A stretch of 64,000 bases of DNA from Halocafeteria seosinensis (taxonomy: Eukaryota): contig LVLI01000097.1 of the NCBI GenBank assembly GCA_001687465.1, positions 1 to 64,000 of the forward strand. The letters run 5' to 3'. The notes under the pieces are model-generated. The model made no database searches. It had not been told where the DNA came from and saw only the letters and a list, made by a program, of their open reading frames with translations. Made by a program: the position numbers and the translations under genes. Positions 48,223-59,240 of this stretch are shown here, piece by piece; within the stretch, counting starts at the first letter, position 1, and each line of letters opens with the position of its first letter.

Positions 48223-48706
48223 ATAACAGCGTGCTACATACAGTTATCATACTGCGGTGCATGTGGTTGGATACGCGAATCCGAGCAATTCTGTTCTCAT
48301 GACTTGCTTGCAATGGAACAGAGCAACTGGTTGGGTAGTTAACTTCCGTAACACCTTCTGTTGTGTCTTGGAAAGAAAAATTCATGTTTATTCTTGGTGC
48401 CTTACCCATTTCTCTCCACATTCGCTTATTATGGACTCATTCATCCCTTCTTCCATTTATTTTTTGACCTGTAGGCTCGAGCTCCCCAAAGACTTCCTGG
48501 AGCTCGGAGTTCCGCAGGGGTGACTCACTAACGTCATTTCGCGGATTTCTGACGTGTTGATTTCGACAGGTTATTTACGGCCATTACATATATATGTGCA
48601 CGTATTGAGTGTATCACTCGTGAAAGAGTGGCTTGGAAAAGAAGGGAGAAAGAGCTGAAAAAGCGCGTTTTGGAGGTGCTCTGGCGGAGTAATACGTCCC
48701 TAAATC

Positions 48707-50593
48707 ATGGCTTTTTCATGGTATACAAGTCATTTCCAGAGCCTATTCTACGATGACAGGTTCCTACCGTCTGTTGTAACCTTGTCGCTCGTTGTCGTGG
48801 CTTGGATGCTCTGTTATAATGGCTGTAGAAGCCGAAAAGGGAGCTCACAGGGAGCCAAGACGTCCTCCACCACGGAGCCATTCGTACGTGATACGCATGA
48901 ATAATACGCCCTTTGAGGCTCGTTTCTCGTTATCCATTGGCTCATCTCGCTTGTGTGTAAATGTGTGCAGAACCAAGTGTATGACGCTGACGTCATTGTG
49001 GTGGGCGCCGGCACCGCCGGAGCCTCTATTGCCACGTCGTTGGCACGTCAGGGGCGTCATGTTAAGCTGATAGAGCGTGAATGGGGGATGGTCGACCGCA
49101 TAGTCGGTGAACTGATGCAGCCGGGCGGCATCCGCGTCCTGGAGCGATTGGGGCTCGGAGAGTGCGCCAAGGGCCAAGCCACGGGAAGCATTGACGTCAA
49201 TGGATATGCCGTTATACGGAAGGTCTCTTCCAATGAAGGACATGATGAAGATGATTGTGGTGGATCCGGAAAATCGAAATCCGAAGATCTGATCCTGACG
49301 TATCCCCAACGGGATCCACAAACGTTCCTGGAATATTTTGGATTTAACAAGGAGGACCCCATACAGAGTCCCGATGATGGTTTGCGTCCCAAAGGGCGAA
49401 GCTTTCATAACCATTTATTTGTCGATCAGCTACGACAAGCTGCGCGAAAGGAATCGCGGGTTGAGTGTATCAAAGGATCCGTGCGTAAGCTTCTCACGGA
49501 GAAGGAAATAGTGGACGTGAAACAGCACCCGCTGCCTGGAGACCGACTCCCGAATGAAGATGCCGCAGGGGGAGTGAAATACGTCGACAATGAGACTGGG
49601 GAGGAGCGTCACGTAGCCGCTCCGCTGGTGATTACATGTGACGGCATGTATAGTACATTCAGAAGACATTTACACGATGGAAAAGCAGTGACGGTTTCCT
49701 ATTTTCTTGGTCTCGTGCTGAAGCATGAAAAAGATCAACCACCTCTCCCCTATCCTGGACGGGGTCATGTTGTCCTCGCGGATCCCGTCCCTATTCTACT
49801 TTATCAAATTAGCGCAACGGAAACTCGTATCTTGGTTGATATACCCAGAGATGTCAAGGAGAACCAAGATATGGAAACGTACTTGAGAAATCACGTCTGT
49901 CCCCAGCTACCCATCCAAGCCCAGGAGTGCTTCCTCAATGCATGCAAAGAACAGGAACCTGTAATAATGCCGAACAAATTCCTCCCTGCACGACCACCCT
50001 TAATGAAGCGCGCCACTCTTCTGGGTGATTCATGGAATATGCGGCACCCCCTTACTGGAGGAGGAATGACTGTGGCCCTGAAAGACGTTGAATGCCTTGT
50101 GAACCTGTTGCAGGACGTGGATTTTAGTGATGAAGCCGCCGTTTCTGGTGCTCTTGAACAATACAGAAAAGACCGACTCTACCATGCCTCGACCATAAAT
50201 GTCCTTGCCAACGCACTTTACGAGGTATTTTCGACACCGCCACAGAATAAAGAAACGCGCCAGCGCCTGCAAGAAGCTTGCAAATTATATATGTCGCTTG
50301 GGTCATGTTTCAGCGCAGGACCTGTTGGCCTCCTCTCTGGACTGACCCCTCGTCCCGAAGTCCTGTCTGCCCATTTTTTTGCCGTCGCGCTGCACGCTAC
50401 CAGTCATGCAGTACGGCCTATCCCCACATGGACAAAACTAAGACAATCTTACGATTTGATGCATTTAGCTTGTAAGATTATTATGCCCTTGTTGGATGTG
50501 GAGAATGCTACGTTGCTTACATGGTATCCCATAAAGAAGACGGTAGACTTCATATTTCCGTGGTCAAACATGAAAATTGGGCAAATAGTGTAA
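48707..50593 (+). CDS. SQLE: Squalene monooxygenase (conventional FAD-dependent squalene epoxidase), 2 exons
   Basis: VVGAGTAG, DRIVGELMQPGG, GRSFHN, CDG, LLGDSWNMRHPLTGGGMTVA and INVLANALY; N-terminal TM exon from 48707. Confidence 0.95.
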
Positions 50594-50984
50594 ATCCAAG
50601 AAAGAATAGTGACATTTCTTGGTCTTTACATGAGATATTCAGTGATCGTAAGCTACTTACCCCGTCCATTTGCCTTTTTGGGTTGTTCAGTACAACGTTG
50701 TAGTAGTCCCACTGTTGCCAGGGACCTTAGACATTGTACAATTCAAAGCGCGTCCAACTGTACTACTTTGACATCCTTGTCGTTTCTCGTGTACAGCAGT
50801 TCCAAACTTCGTTCGGTTGCAGAAGTTTAGAAGTTTGCGAAGAAGTTTACCAAAAGTACAATCATAAACGTAAGCCATTCCTGGCGAATCTAATTGTTGG
50901 CATGTATATATGAGAATAAGTATCTCATGATCAGGAACTTTTTGTCCATACACGTGTATCCTGCATTGTGTTTTCGTTGACCTT

Positions 50985-51112
50985 TACTTTGTGTGCGTGG
51001 TGTGTGTTGTTTCCCGTGTGGAGATGGAGGCCCGTCAAAGGTCTCATCTACTTTGTGTGCGTGGTGTGTGTTGTTTCCCGTGTGGAGATGGAGGCCCGTC
51101 AAAGGTCTCATC
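50985..51112. repeat. Perfect 64-bp tandem duplication
   Basis: tactttgtgtgcgtggtgtgtgttgtttcccgtgtggagatggaggcccgtcaaaggtctcatc occurs at 50985 and 51049. Confidence 0.95.
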
Positions 51113-51566
51113 TCCTCTTGCTCTAAGTACGGTGGTACCAAGAGGTATTACTGTCAGAAACGCCTCTCATAAAGGAACTTGACTATTGGGAAGAGGTAGA
51201 ACTTGGCGAGTGTATGACTTCCGACTCTCTCGGACCATACACCCGAACACGATCCCATAAAAGGCAACGAATCAGAAGAAACATTGAGGATGTCACTGAA
51301 AGTAATTCTTACTCGGTTTGCAGTATGCCATGGACATGTTGCAGAGTGGTTGGACAGGTCACGGAATCAAAAGTATGGGACGTGCTTCAGCGCTGCTCGA
51401 ATTTCGATGGAAGTGTAGTGCTAGGAGGCAATAAACAAGAAGTGAATGGGAAAGAAACGATATGATGGAGAACTGACGGAATGTCCCTGACCAATGTTGC
51501 TTCCCTTCGATTAATGTATCTCGACGAAATTTACGACTACTGTACAACTTTCGGTATCTGGCCAAT

Positions 51567-52532
51567 TTGACTCAGCTAATAATATATGGCCACGTCCGTC
51601 GAACTTCAGTCGATATAAACGATAACGCGTTTGAAAGCTTCCAGAAGTTAGAGTGCCTAGAGCTATGTATGTGCAGGGACATGTCACGAATTACCGATAG
51701 AGCATTTTCCCATTTATCATCCTTGCAAACGCTTCACTTATGGGATGTCCCGGATCCGTACATCACCAGCGATATTATGGAGAAGTTGTTAAACTTACGC
51801 GACTTTGTAGTCAGTGATATACAAATGCAGTTTCACCCTAATGACGGAATGTTCAAGCATTTATCGCATCTTGAGGTGCTGGAGTTGATCCGGTGCACAC
51901 AAGTGCTGGGTCAGATCACAGACAGAGCGTTTATGGATTTCCCCAAAACAGTAGCAAATGTACGGCTATGGGGCCTCTTTGAAACATCTCTCACAGATAG
52001 AGCATTTGGTCATATGAATGGGTTAGCTATTCTAAAGCTAAACGTTTCTGGCTGCACACAAACAGCAATTACGAATGAAGCTTTTCGGCATCTCCCAAAG
52101 CTAACTCAACTATGCATACACCGATGCACCCAATCTACTCTCACTCCTGAGGTATTTCAGCATTTAAGTTTGCTGCGTCACCTGGAAGCAAGCTCAACTT
52201 CTGGAGCTCTTAGCGATCGGTCGTTCAGCCATTTGTCCCTCTTGACGCATTTGGACATTGCGGAAGCAATTCACGCCCAAATTTCAGATCTAGGGTTCAG
52301 TTACTTGCGGGCACTGAAACATTTTAACATGGCGAGATGTACGCACACCTCAGTAACCGATCATGCCTTTCGACATATTCCAGCATTAACCTACGTAAAT
52401 GTGGAAGGCTGCAATCAACCAACGCTGTCGCCCACAGCGTTGGTGTACCTACAGCAGTTGCAAGAGATAAATGCAAATGCGAGCTCTTTGCAGGGTGTGA
52501 CGTTCCCTTACAGCTTCTGCGAAGGCACTTGA
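51567..52532 (+). CDS. Leucine-rich repeat protein (cysteine-containing subtype), 5' end uncertain or disrupted
   Basis: About 11 repeats of ITDxAFxHLxxLxxLxxxxC; in-frame TGA just upstream near 51474. Confidence 0.65.
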   Translation: MTQLIIYGHVRRTSVDINDNAFESFQKLECLELCMCRDMSRITDRAFSHLSSLQTLHLWDVPDPYITSDIMEKLLNLRDFVVSDIQMQFHPNDGMFKHLSHLEVLELIRCTQVLGQITDRAFMDFPKTVANVRLWGLFETSLTDRAFGHMNGLAILKLNVSGCTQTAITNEAFRHLPKLTQLCIHRCTQSTLTPEVFQHLSLLRHLEASSTSGALSDRSFSHLSLLTHLDIAEAIHAQISDLGFSYLRALKHFNMARCTHTSVTDHAFRHIPALTYVNVEGCNQPTLSPTALVYLQQLQEINANASSLQGVTFPYSFCEGT

Positions 52533-53210
52533 TTTGTGTTATTTTTGATTCCCTGCTCCAGGGGCATCCTGGAATTTGGGCGCCGAAGCAGTGCCCCGCA
52601 CAGTTGTGCAACAGCTGTAGAACGAGGGTCTTAGTAATGGCTCATGAAAATGAACTACAATGAAAGAGAATAAGAAGAGTACACCCTGCTGAAAAGCAGT
52701 GCCCATTGTTACCAATCCAGCACAGCGGATTTAAAGCGCAAGAAGTATGTGGTGGTGGTGGCTGGCAGAGCATATCCAATAAGGCGGTACTGCTTCTAGA
52801 CGTACGACGGCTGGATGCATGCTCGAATCTGAGAACCAACGTGAACCGTGAGAAAAGCACGGAGAAGTACATTCCCGTATTCCAACCTACGAAAGAAGTG
52901 CAACCGTCTCCCAACGATGGGAATTGTTAAACATAACAGAACGCACGCAACGTGCTCTCCGGACAGCACGTCACAAGCAGATACAAATTTCGGATCCGCA
53001 AGCTTCCATGGGGAAATCTAACCAAAGTGCCATAACCGACGGTTAGTTGGAAATGTAGAAGATTATCATATTCAGGCTTGCAATCAACCGACACCGAGCT
53101 CGAAATCGCTTATATACTTTAGGAGTCTAAGGCAACGGTTAGGACTGGGCTACCACACTTAGATATGTGTTTTCGTATGTTGTAGAGATAGATTGTATCC
53201 ACAAAGTACG

Positions 53211-56200
53211 TCATACATCTTTCAACGGGTTACGCGTCTGCACTTGCTCCGCATCATCGGATTGGCGGGTAGTGGCCTCAGGAGAGTCAGTACCTATGGG
53301 ATTGGGATTGTCTCCCTCTACACCAGAAAGGGCAAACATTCCGAACCCATAATTTGCAAGATTTTGCACCTGATTACAAACCATTCGCTGTAGAACTTTG
53401 TGCACGCTACGGGTTCGAAGTCGGCTCCGGCGAAACTCATAGGACGCACGGACAAATTGACTATAACTCTTTACTATCAAGGAGAGTCGTTTGCTTTGAT
53501 CCACCAGCTTTTGTTCGACTGGTGATTCGGTCGGCTTGCTAACTTCCCCAAAAAACTGTTGATACTCCCGATCCGTTCTGCGTAGCTGTATTTCCTTCAA
53601 ATACCAGAGTTCGTTGAAAGTAAATATAATCACATGACATTATTGCTTACCAACTCGTAAAGCAGGTCAAGGGTTTCTGAGTTCAGCCACCTGCTAGATT
53701 GCACTAAGCCGCTTCCGCTCAATTCTCGCTCCAATTCATCACGAGGCATTGGACGGAACGCAAGGGAATCCTCTTCTCTGTAAAATAAAAGCAAGTATAA
53801 CGTTCTATCATTTTAGCAAGATCGCGTGAATATGTAAGCCGGGAACTGGATACTTACTTTGGATTAAGGAGTGTGCTTTGATTTCGTACCTTTGGCACCT
53901 CGTTATTGGATTCCCACAAGTCATGAAAGAAGGCAAACCTATAGGGGAGGGAACGGAGAGGTAGATACATTGCTTCTCGTGCGTGCGTTATATGCAAGCA
54001 CTTACCAAAGCGCAGCACAAGGATGTTCGTTGATCCAGCGCATCTTGTTGAGAACATATCTCAGACCTAAGTTATGGCGATCCGGGATGCCTTGGATTTT
54101 CGAACGGACCTCAAAAGATTTGAAGTAAGCATTAATCTCCTCTGTCGTAGCTGTATCGTTATCGTAGATTAGCATCCAAAAAGCTGAACTAAGAATGCTT
54201 TCATCCTGGCACCGACGTTTGATTAAGTCTTGGCGAAATTCATTCATTTTCGCATGCAGATTTGGCAGTTCCGCTTGCCAAATCGATGCGTTTGGGCTAT
54301 TACCCAGTAACTGTCGGAGAGCAGGGCAATCCGTGTATCTGCAATAATTGTTTGCATGTACATAGGTCGTGGATATGAGCAACAGGAAGCCTTACAGAAT
54401 GTGCTGATTCAGTACATACTGGTTATCTATTTCAAGGTCGGCAAAAGTCAGTTTTGCTTCTTGACCAGATACATGATAGTTCTTGTTAGTTCTCGGTTTC
54501 GTCCCGTCTCCTGCGCTCAACGTCGTTGTAACAGCAAACATCGGGTTAGCAACAGTTCCTGGCTTTCGCTTACCTGCTCCATCGTAAATATGGAGAGTGA
54601 CGCGGAATCCCGGGGACATTGCGTAGCTACCATTTTTGATAGCTTCTTCCCCTTTATTAGTTTTTATAATTAGTTCTCCTTTTCTAAACCGAAGAAGCAC
54701 TCGTACATCGGAATACAACTGGCTGCTCTTCTTGGTATTGTAACTCCTTGGAAATGTATTACCGGTGGCGTTGTCTCGATAATAATACGTTGTCGTCTCC
54801 GTCCACTCTTTCTTTCCGTCCGGTACGTTCTTAAACGTCTTCCATTTTTCGTAGTAAAACGTAATTGGCTTCCTATGCATTGTGCGCAACTGTTGTCGAA
54901 TCCTTCTTCGTCGCTGAATCTCAGGATTCTCGTTGGTTTGAAGCAGTTCACGAGTTTTGTCTGCAGGGATTCATTGAGCGGTAGAGCGATTCGTCAAAGC
55001 ACTATCGATAAAGCACAATTTCTTATCAATGCAACGCAGCCTACACACCTTCCCATATGTGTCGTTTTCGCCCTGTATCGTCGGATGTAAACGTAGCGTG
55101 AAAGGGGTACCACTTTATACTAAGTTTTCCAAAGTAAGTATTTGGTATGTCCCGGTGTCTTGTCCGACCGCTAACTCCTTCTACATTGTTCTTGTAATAC
55201 TGGGGAGGTACGTGGTGCGAGTTCTCAGTGGATCCAAAAATAACGCTCGCTAGGCTGCTGAGCAGTCCTTTCACTGGAGGACTTGGTACTCTATTGCCCT
55301 TCGTAACATCCTCCTTTCGTGCCCGCTGATTTTCCGCAGCGATTTCCATGTCATAAGAAAAATTCTGACAGCACGAATAATGTCAACAACATCGTTGCTA
55401 AGGAATATTGGGTATCTTTGAAGATGTCGACTTACGTTTTCATTGTAGTATACGTCAACGCCTTCCAGATTTTCCATGAGATAATTTCGACATGTGACAT
55501 TTTCGCGGTCTGCAGAGTTTTGCCAGTGTTCGAGAATCTTTTGATGGCCCCACTGGGTAGCTTCTCGTTCCATCTCCATTACTCGTTCTGCGTACACGGA
55601 CCCTTCTTCCAAGAGGACAGCTTTCCAGAAAGGTTGCCACACCCTGTGCTTTATTTCGGAGACAAGATCCCATTGTGGGACGATGGATCCAGCAGAACTT
55701 TCGATTCTCTTTCTAGAATCACTGAAATGAAGCCTGCCCAGAACTGTTTTCATCCATCCCCTGATGATGCGTACGTCCGATAACGCGACTATCAGTACAG
55801 TAGCCAAGTAAATTGCAGTGATCAACAGTACTATCAGAGATACAGCGTAATCAACAGAGTCTGAGTCAACTGCCGCAGAGACTGTAATAAACAATAGATT
55901 TATGACGCTAGACACCAAACCGATGTTGTAAACAATCGAATCTGCGAAAAGTCTTCATTTTACTTTCATTGCGGGATGCTCACTTCTCACCAAGGCACGT
56001 ACCACTGCGATCGATGAAGTGCGGCGAAGAAAATGAGAGACCGGTCAAGCCTAAGAACACGCAAAGGCATGCTAGCGATTGATCGACTGGCTTGTCATAA
56101 GGAATTATTACTGCTCCAACGAGGGTTGCCTTTACCACCATCATCAGCAGTTTATGATAAGCCCAATTTGGCCGATAGCCACTATATCTGCACTCACAGA

Positions 56201-58038
56201 TGCATGATAATGCCTACTTTATTTTAGGACAAACTGGTCCCGAAACGTATTCTGTTCATACAAAAAATGGGCAGGATTGCGAAGCTGTTCCGCTCCACTC
56301 CGTAGATCGGCAATGTACCTGCTCGACAGCGTAACTCTGGTGTTTTGTTTCATACGAGAGATTCTCTCAGTATACTAAGCTTACTGCTCTTCAGTATACT
56401 TAACCAAAGTTCCTTCTTCATCGTAGCGACCATTTTTGTCTTCCTCGCTTCCGTACGGCTTGGCGTTTCCGATCAAATTTTGGAAGCATAGTGGGCAGCA
56501 GATCAACCAACTGAGAATGATTATAACCAAAACAAAAGGAGAAGAGGCTTCGCCTGTGCATGTCATTAAAGCGAATATAACTGCTGTGCAATAACCAATA
56601 TTTAGCTGAGGAGACTACTCACTCCAGTCTTGGCAGCTACAATCACCGAAATCGACAATCAGAGTTTCATTGTGAGAGTGGGTAATGTAGGTGTCGTCGA
56701 TAATGTCAGCATTTGACACGCCACTGTTCAGCGCTTCTGCCAGCAACAGGCACTTGTTGGGCTCGCTCGCCTCAGTTCCATTCACAGCGCTGGCGTTGAC
56801 GACTTCTTCTTTCGAGTTAACGTCTCCGATTACTTCATTTACATCAAGAAATTCCTTTTGCACAAGTGCCTGCTCCAGGTTTTCATTGAACACGAATGGA
56901 AGGATCGCAATTGGAGAAAATGATGGTAACCTTTAGTATCCTATGTACTTACTCGTGTAAACGATGGTCCACAGACAATCATTTCCAATAACCCCCGCAT
57001 GGCTGGAAGGTAGAGCGTTGATATCGTCACGATAGAAATCATGAAGCACATCGTGCCGTTAAGCTGTGAAAGAGCATTTTTCTTTGTCATAAACCAGCCC
57101 TGGAGAGGAGGAAATATTGTATCACTACTTGGAGACACTATGAGTACATGCAAACTATTTTTTGACATACCGGCCTTTCCCTGTTGCAGCAGCAGCACAT
57201 TACCAGCCCCAATACTATGCTGATGGTGATGAAAGCTTGCATGACACTGTAAGGGTTGACCTGGTTATCTACCATATGGTAGTCCATGGCAAAAATACCG
57301 AAGAGTCGACCGAGGGAATCCTTTGGTAGCTCAAGGCTTGCTACAGAAATATTACCAAAGATGAGCGCAAAGAACTGAAAAAAATCGCGGGTTATTTCGA
57401 ACTTCAGTAGTCCGAAAAACGCTCCCCACATTCCAGCAGCAGCCAGGAAGGAAGCCGTCACTTTTCTCGTATCTTGCTTGTATAATGCTGGAACGTTCTG
57501 TGAAAAAATATGAGGAAGTAGGACCGTATGATGATGGGATCGCAACTACGGCAGTATTAAAGCCCACCTGCTGCTTTTCGATGGCAGGTCGCTGGATAAC
57601 GGTTCGTGATTCGAAGAAGTCCGCCATTGTGGATCAGATGTCGAGCTGCGTAACCACAGGAAGCAGAACACAGGTAGTTGACCGAAATAAGTCATATACT
57701 AGCTAAAATGCACAATAGACTACTCTGTTCCATTGGAAACAGTACCAAGCGGTAAGTCAGTTGAAATTCCCTTCAGCCAGCCACCTTGCGTCCCGGACCG
57801 GCATTTGAACAAATCACCAACTCCGATACAGGACGCTACCATCCTTCTTCTCGCTCCCAAAGCTCTGATTCCGATATCATTTTGTCTACACGCGTTATCA
57901 ATCTCTAACCCAACAAACAAATGTACTTACGGGAAGGAGACACAAGCTTGCGTACTGCGTCACGTCAGCCTCTTTCGCGGCGAATTCGGTTGAACAGGTT
58001 GACGACCGGTGTATAACCGTTCGCTCTTCTCGCTTCAT
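53211..58038 (-). CDS. Large multi-exon membrane protein: N-terminal SAM-like domain, multi-TM region, conserved cytosolic C-terminal domain
   Basis: DIGIRALGARRRM (SAM-like), several hydrophobic exons, WQPFWKAVL, LSSAFWMLIYDND and EHPCAALW|FAFFHDLW...RPMPRDELEREL. Successive ORFs are joined by GT-AG introns; the start is uncertain. Confidence 0.6.
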
Positions 58039-58721
58039 GTATAAGCGAATTGGTAAGGTCGTATGGGTCTGTTATTTAGCAGGAGAAAGATTTATGCTCT
58101 ATATGCAAGTTGCCAACAACAAGACGCAATTTTGCAAGAGCGTATCCATGAAGTTGGTTGTAACATGACAGAACCGGGTGACCGGGTCTGAGAGCCGGAC
58201 TGTTGGCCCGGTATCATAGCCCGGCTTTGATGAAGAGCAACCAGGGAGTCGATCCCTCCAAATACCGGTACCCATTCCGATACATTCGAAGATTATGGAC
58301 TAACTTGGACTTTCGCTTACGATTCATAAGCTGGCAAAGCAGACTCCCACAAAACTTCTACCAGAGGTAACTGTTTCAGCTTGTCTACCAAAAGCGCGGT
58401 AAATTCGAAGTAACACCGCAGCCATAGTAGGTGTACACTTGGTACCACAACACTCGGCCTGCGAGTCACTTGGAGCTTCTTCGTGGAGACGCCAGCGTAA
58501 CTACTACGACAAAAAATTCAAAACCTCCTCATTACTAATGCGTCATTAGTACTTCATGTGATCAAGCATATCCAGTAAGAATTAGCAACGTTGGAGCACC
58601 CTTCGCCATATGGTGATTGTTGCTTGATTCTATGCAAGTCTATCCTTCACGTTTGATTGGTGGTCAATAAATGACGAAAACCAAGCCTTCGCAGTTTTCG
58701 GCCCATCCCACAATGTGAGGC

Positions 58722-58951
58722 GTGTGTGTTGGTATTGCTTCTACCGGAAGACGTGTCTGCTACAGGCTACGCTACTCCGTGTCCGGTCCAACATCTTCGC
58801 GTTGTGGCGCATCAACGTGACTGACAGTTTGGCGGTCATCAGCTTGCGGAAGTTCCGCATCTCCCTTGTTGCCCAGCGGGAGCCCGGTGCTTTCTTGGCA
58901 ATTCTCTTGAGGAACTTGATTGCGTCTTCCCCAGAAGCCGCCCGTCGGCTC
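58722..58951 (-). mobile_element. CRE-like retrotransposon 3' fragment, copy 7
   Basis: GEDAIKFLKRIAKKAPGSRWATREMRNFRKLMTAKLSVTLMRHNAKMLDR plus the shared 3' end. Confidence 0.85.
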
Positions 58952-59240
58952 ATAAATTCCCCCAAAGAAAAGTGAACGAAAAGATTGCTTCCTCCGAAGA
59001 CCCTTTGTAGCCTCATACCGTATATGAGTCATATGCCATGGGATAGGTGAACATGAACAAAATTCGACCCTTCATTGGATTCTCTATCCTCTATTTTGAC
59101 AGAGCAAACAGAAAACTTTAGGGCTTAACATGTAAGTGCAGAGTTTAGAGGGGTCAAAGCTTACAGGGCCGCGGCTCTCCGAGCCCTCCTGGCCCTTATC
59201 TGGGCCGTATAAGGCGTATATTGGCTCTATTTTCAATTAA

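Noticed and set aside
48613..48624. ATCACTCGTGA upstream of squalene epoxidase as a sterol regulatory element
   Set aside because: Only loosely SRE or E-box-like, expected by chance, and not noticed upstream of the SMTs.
58170..58272. Cluster of CCGG motifs and a T-arm-like gggagtcgatccc
   Set aside because: No cloverleaf could be built and no second copy was found in the window.
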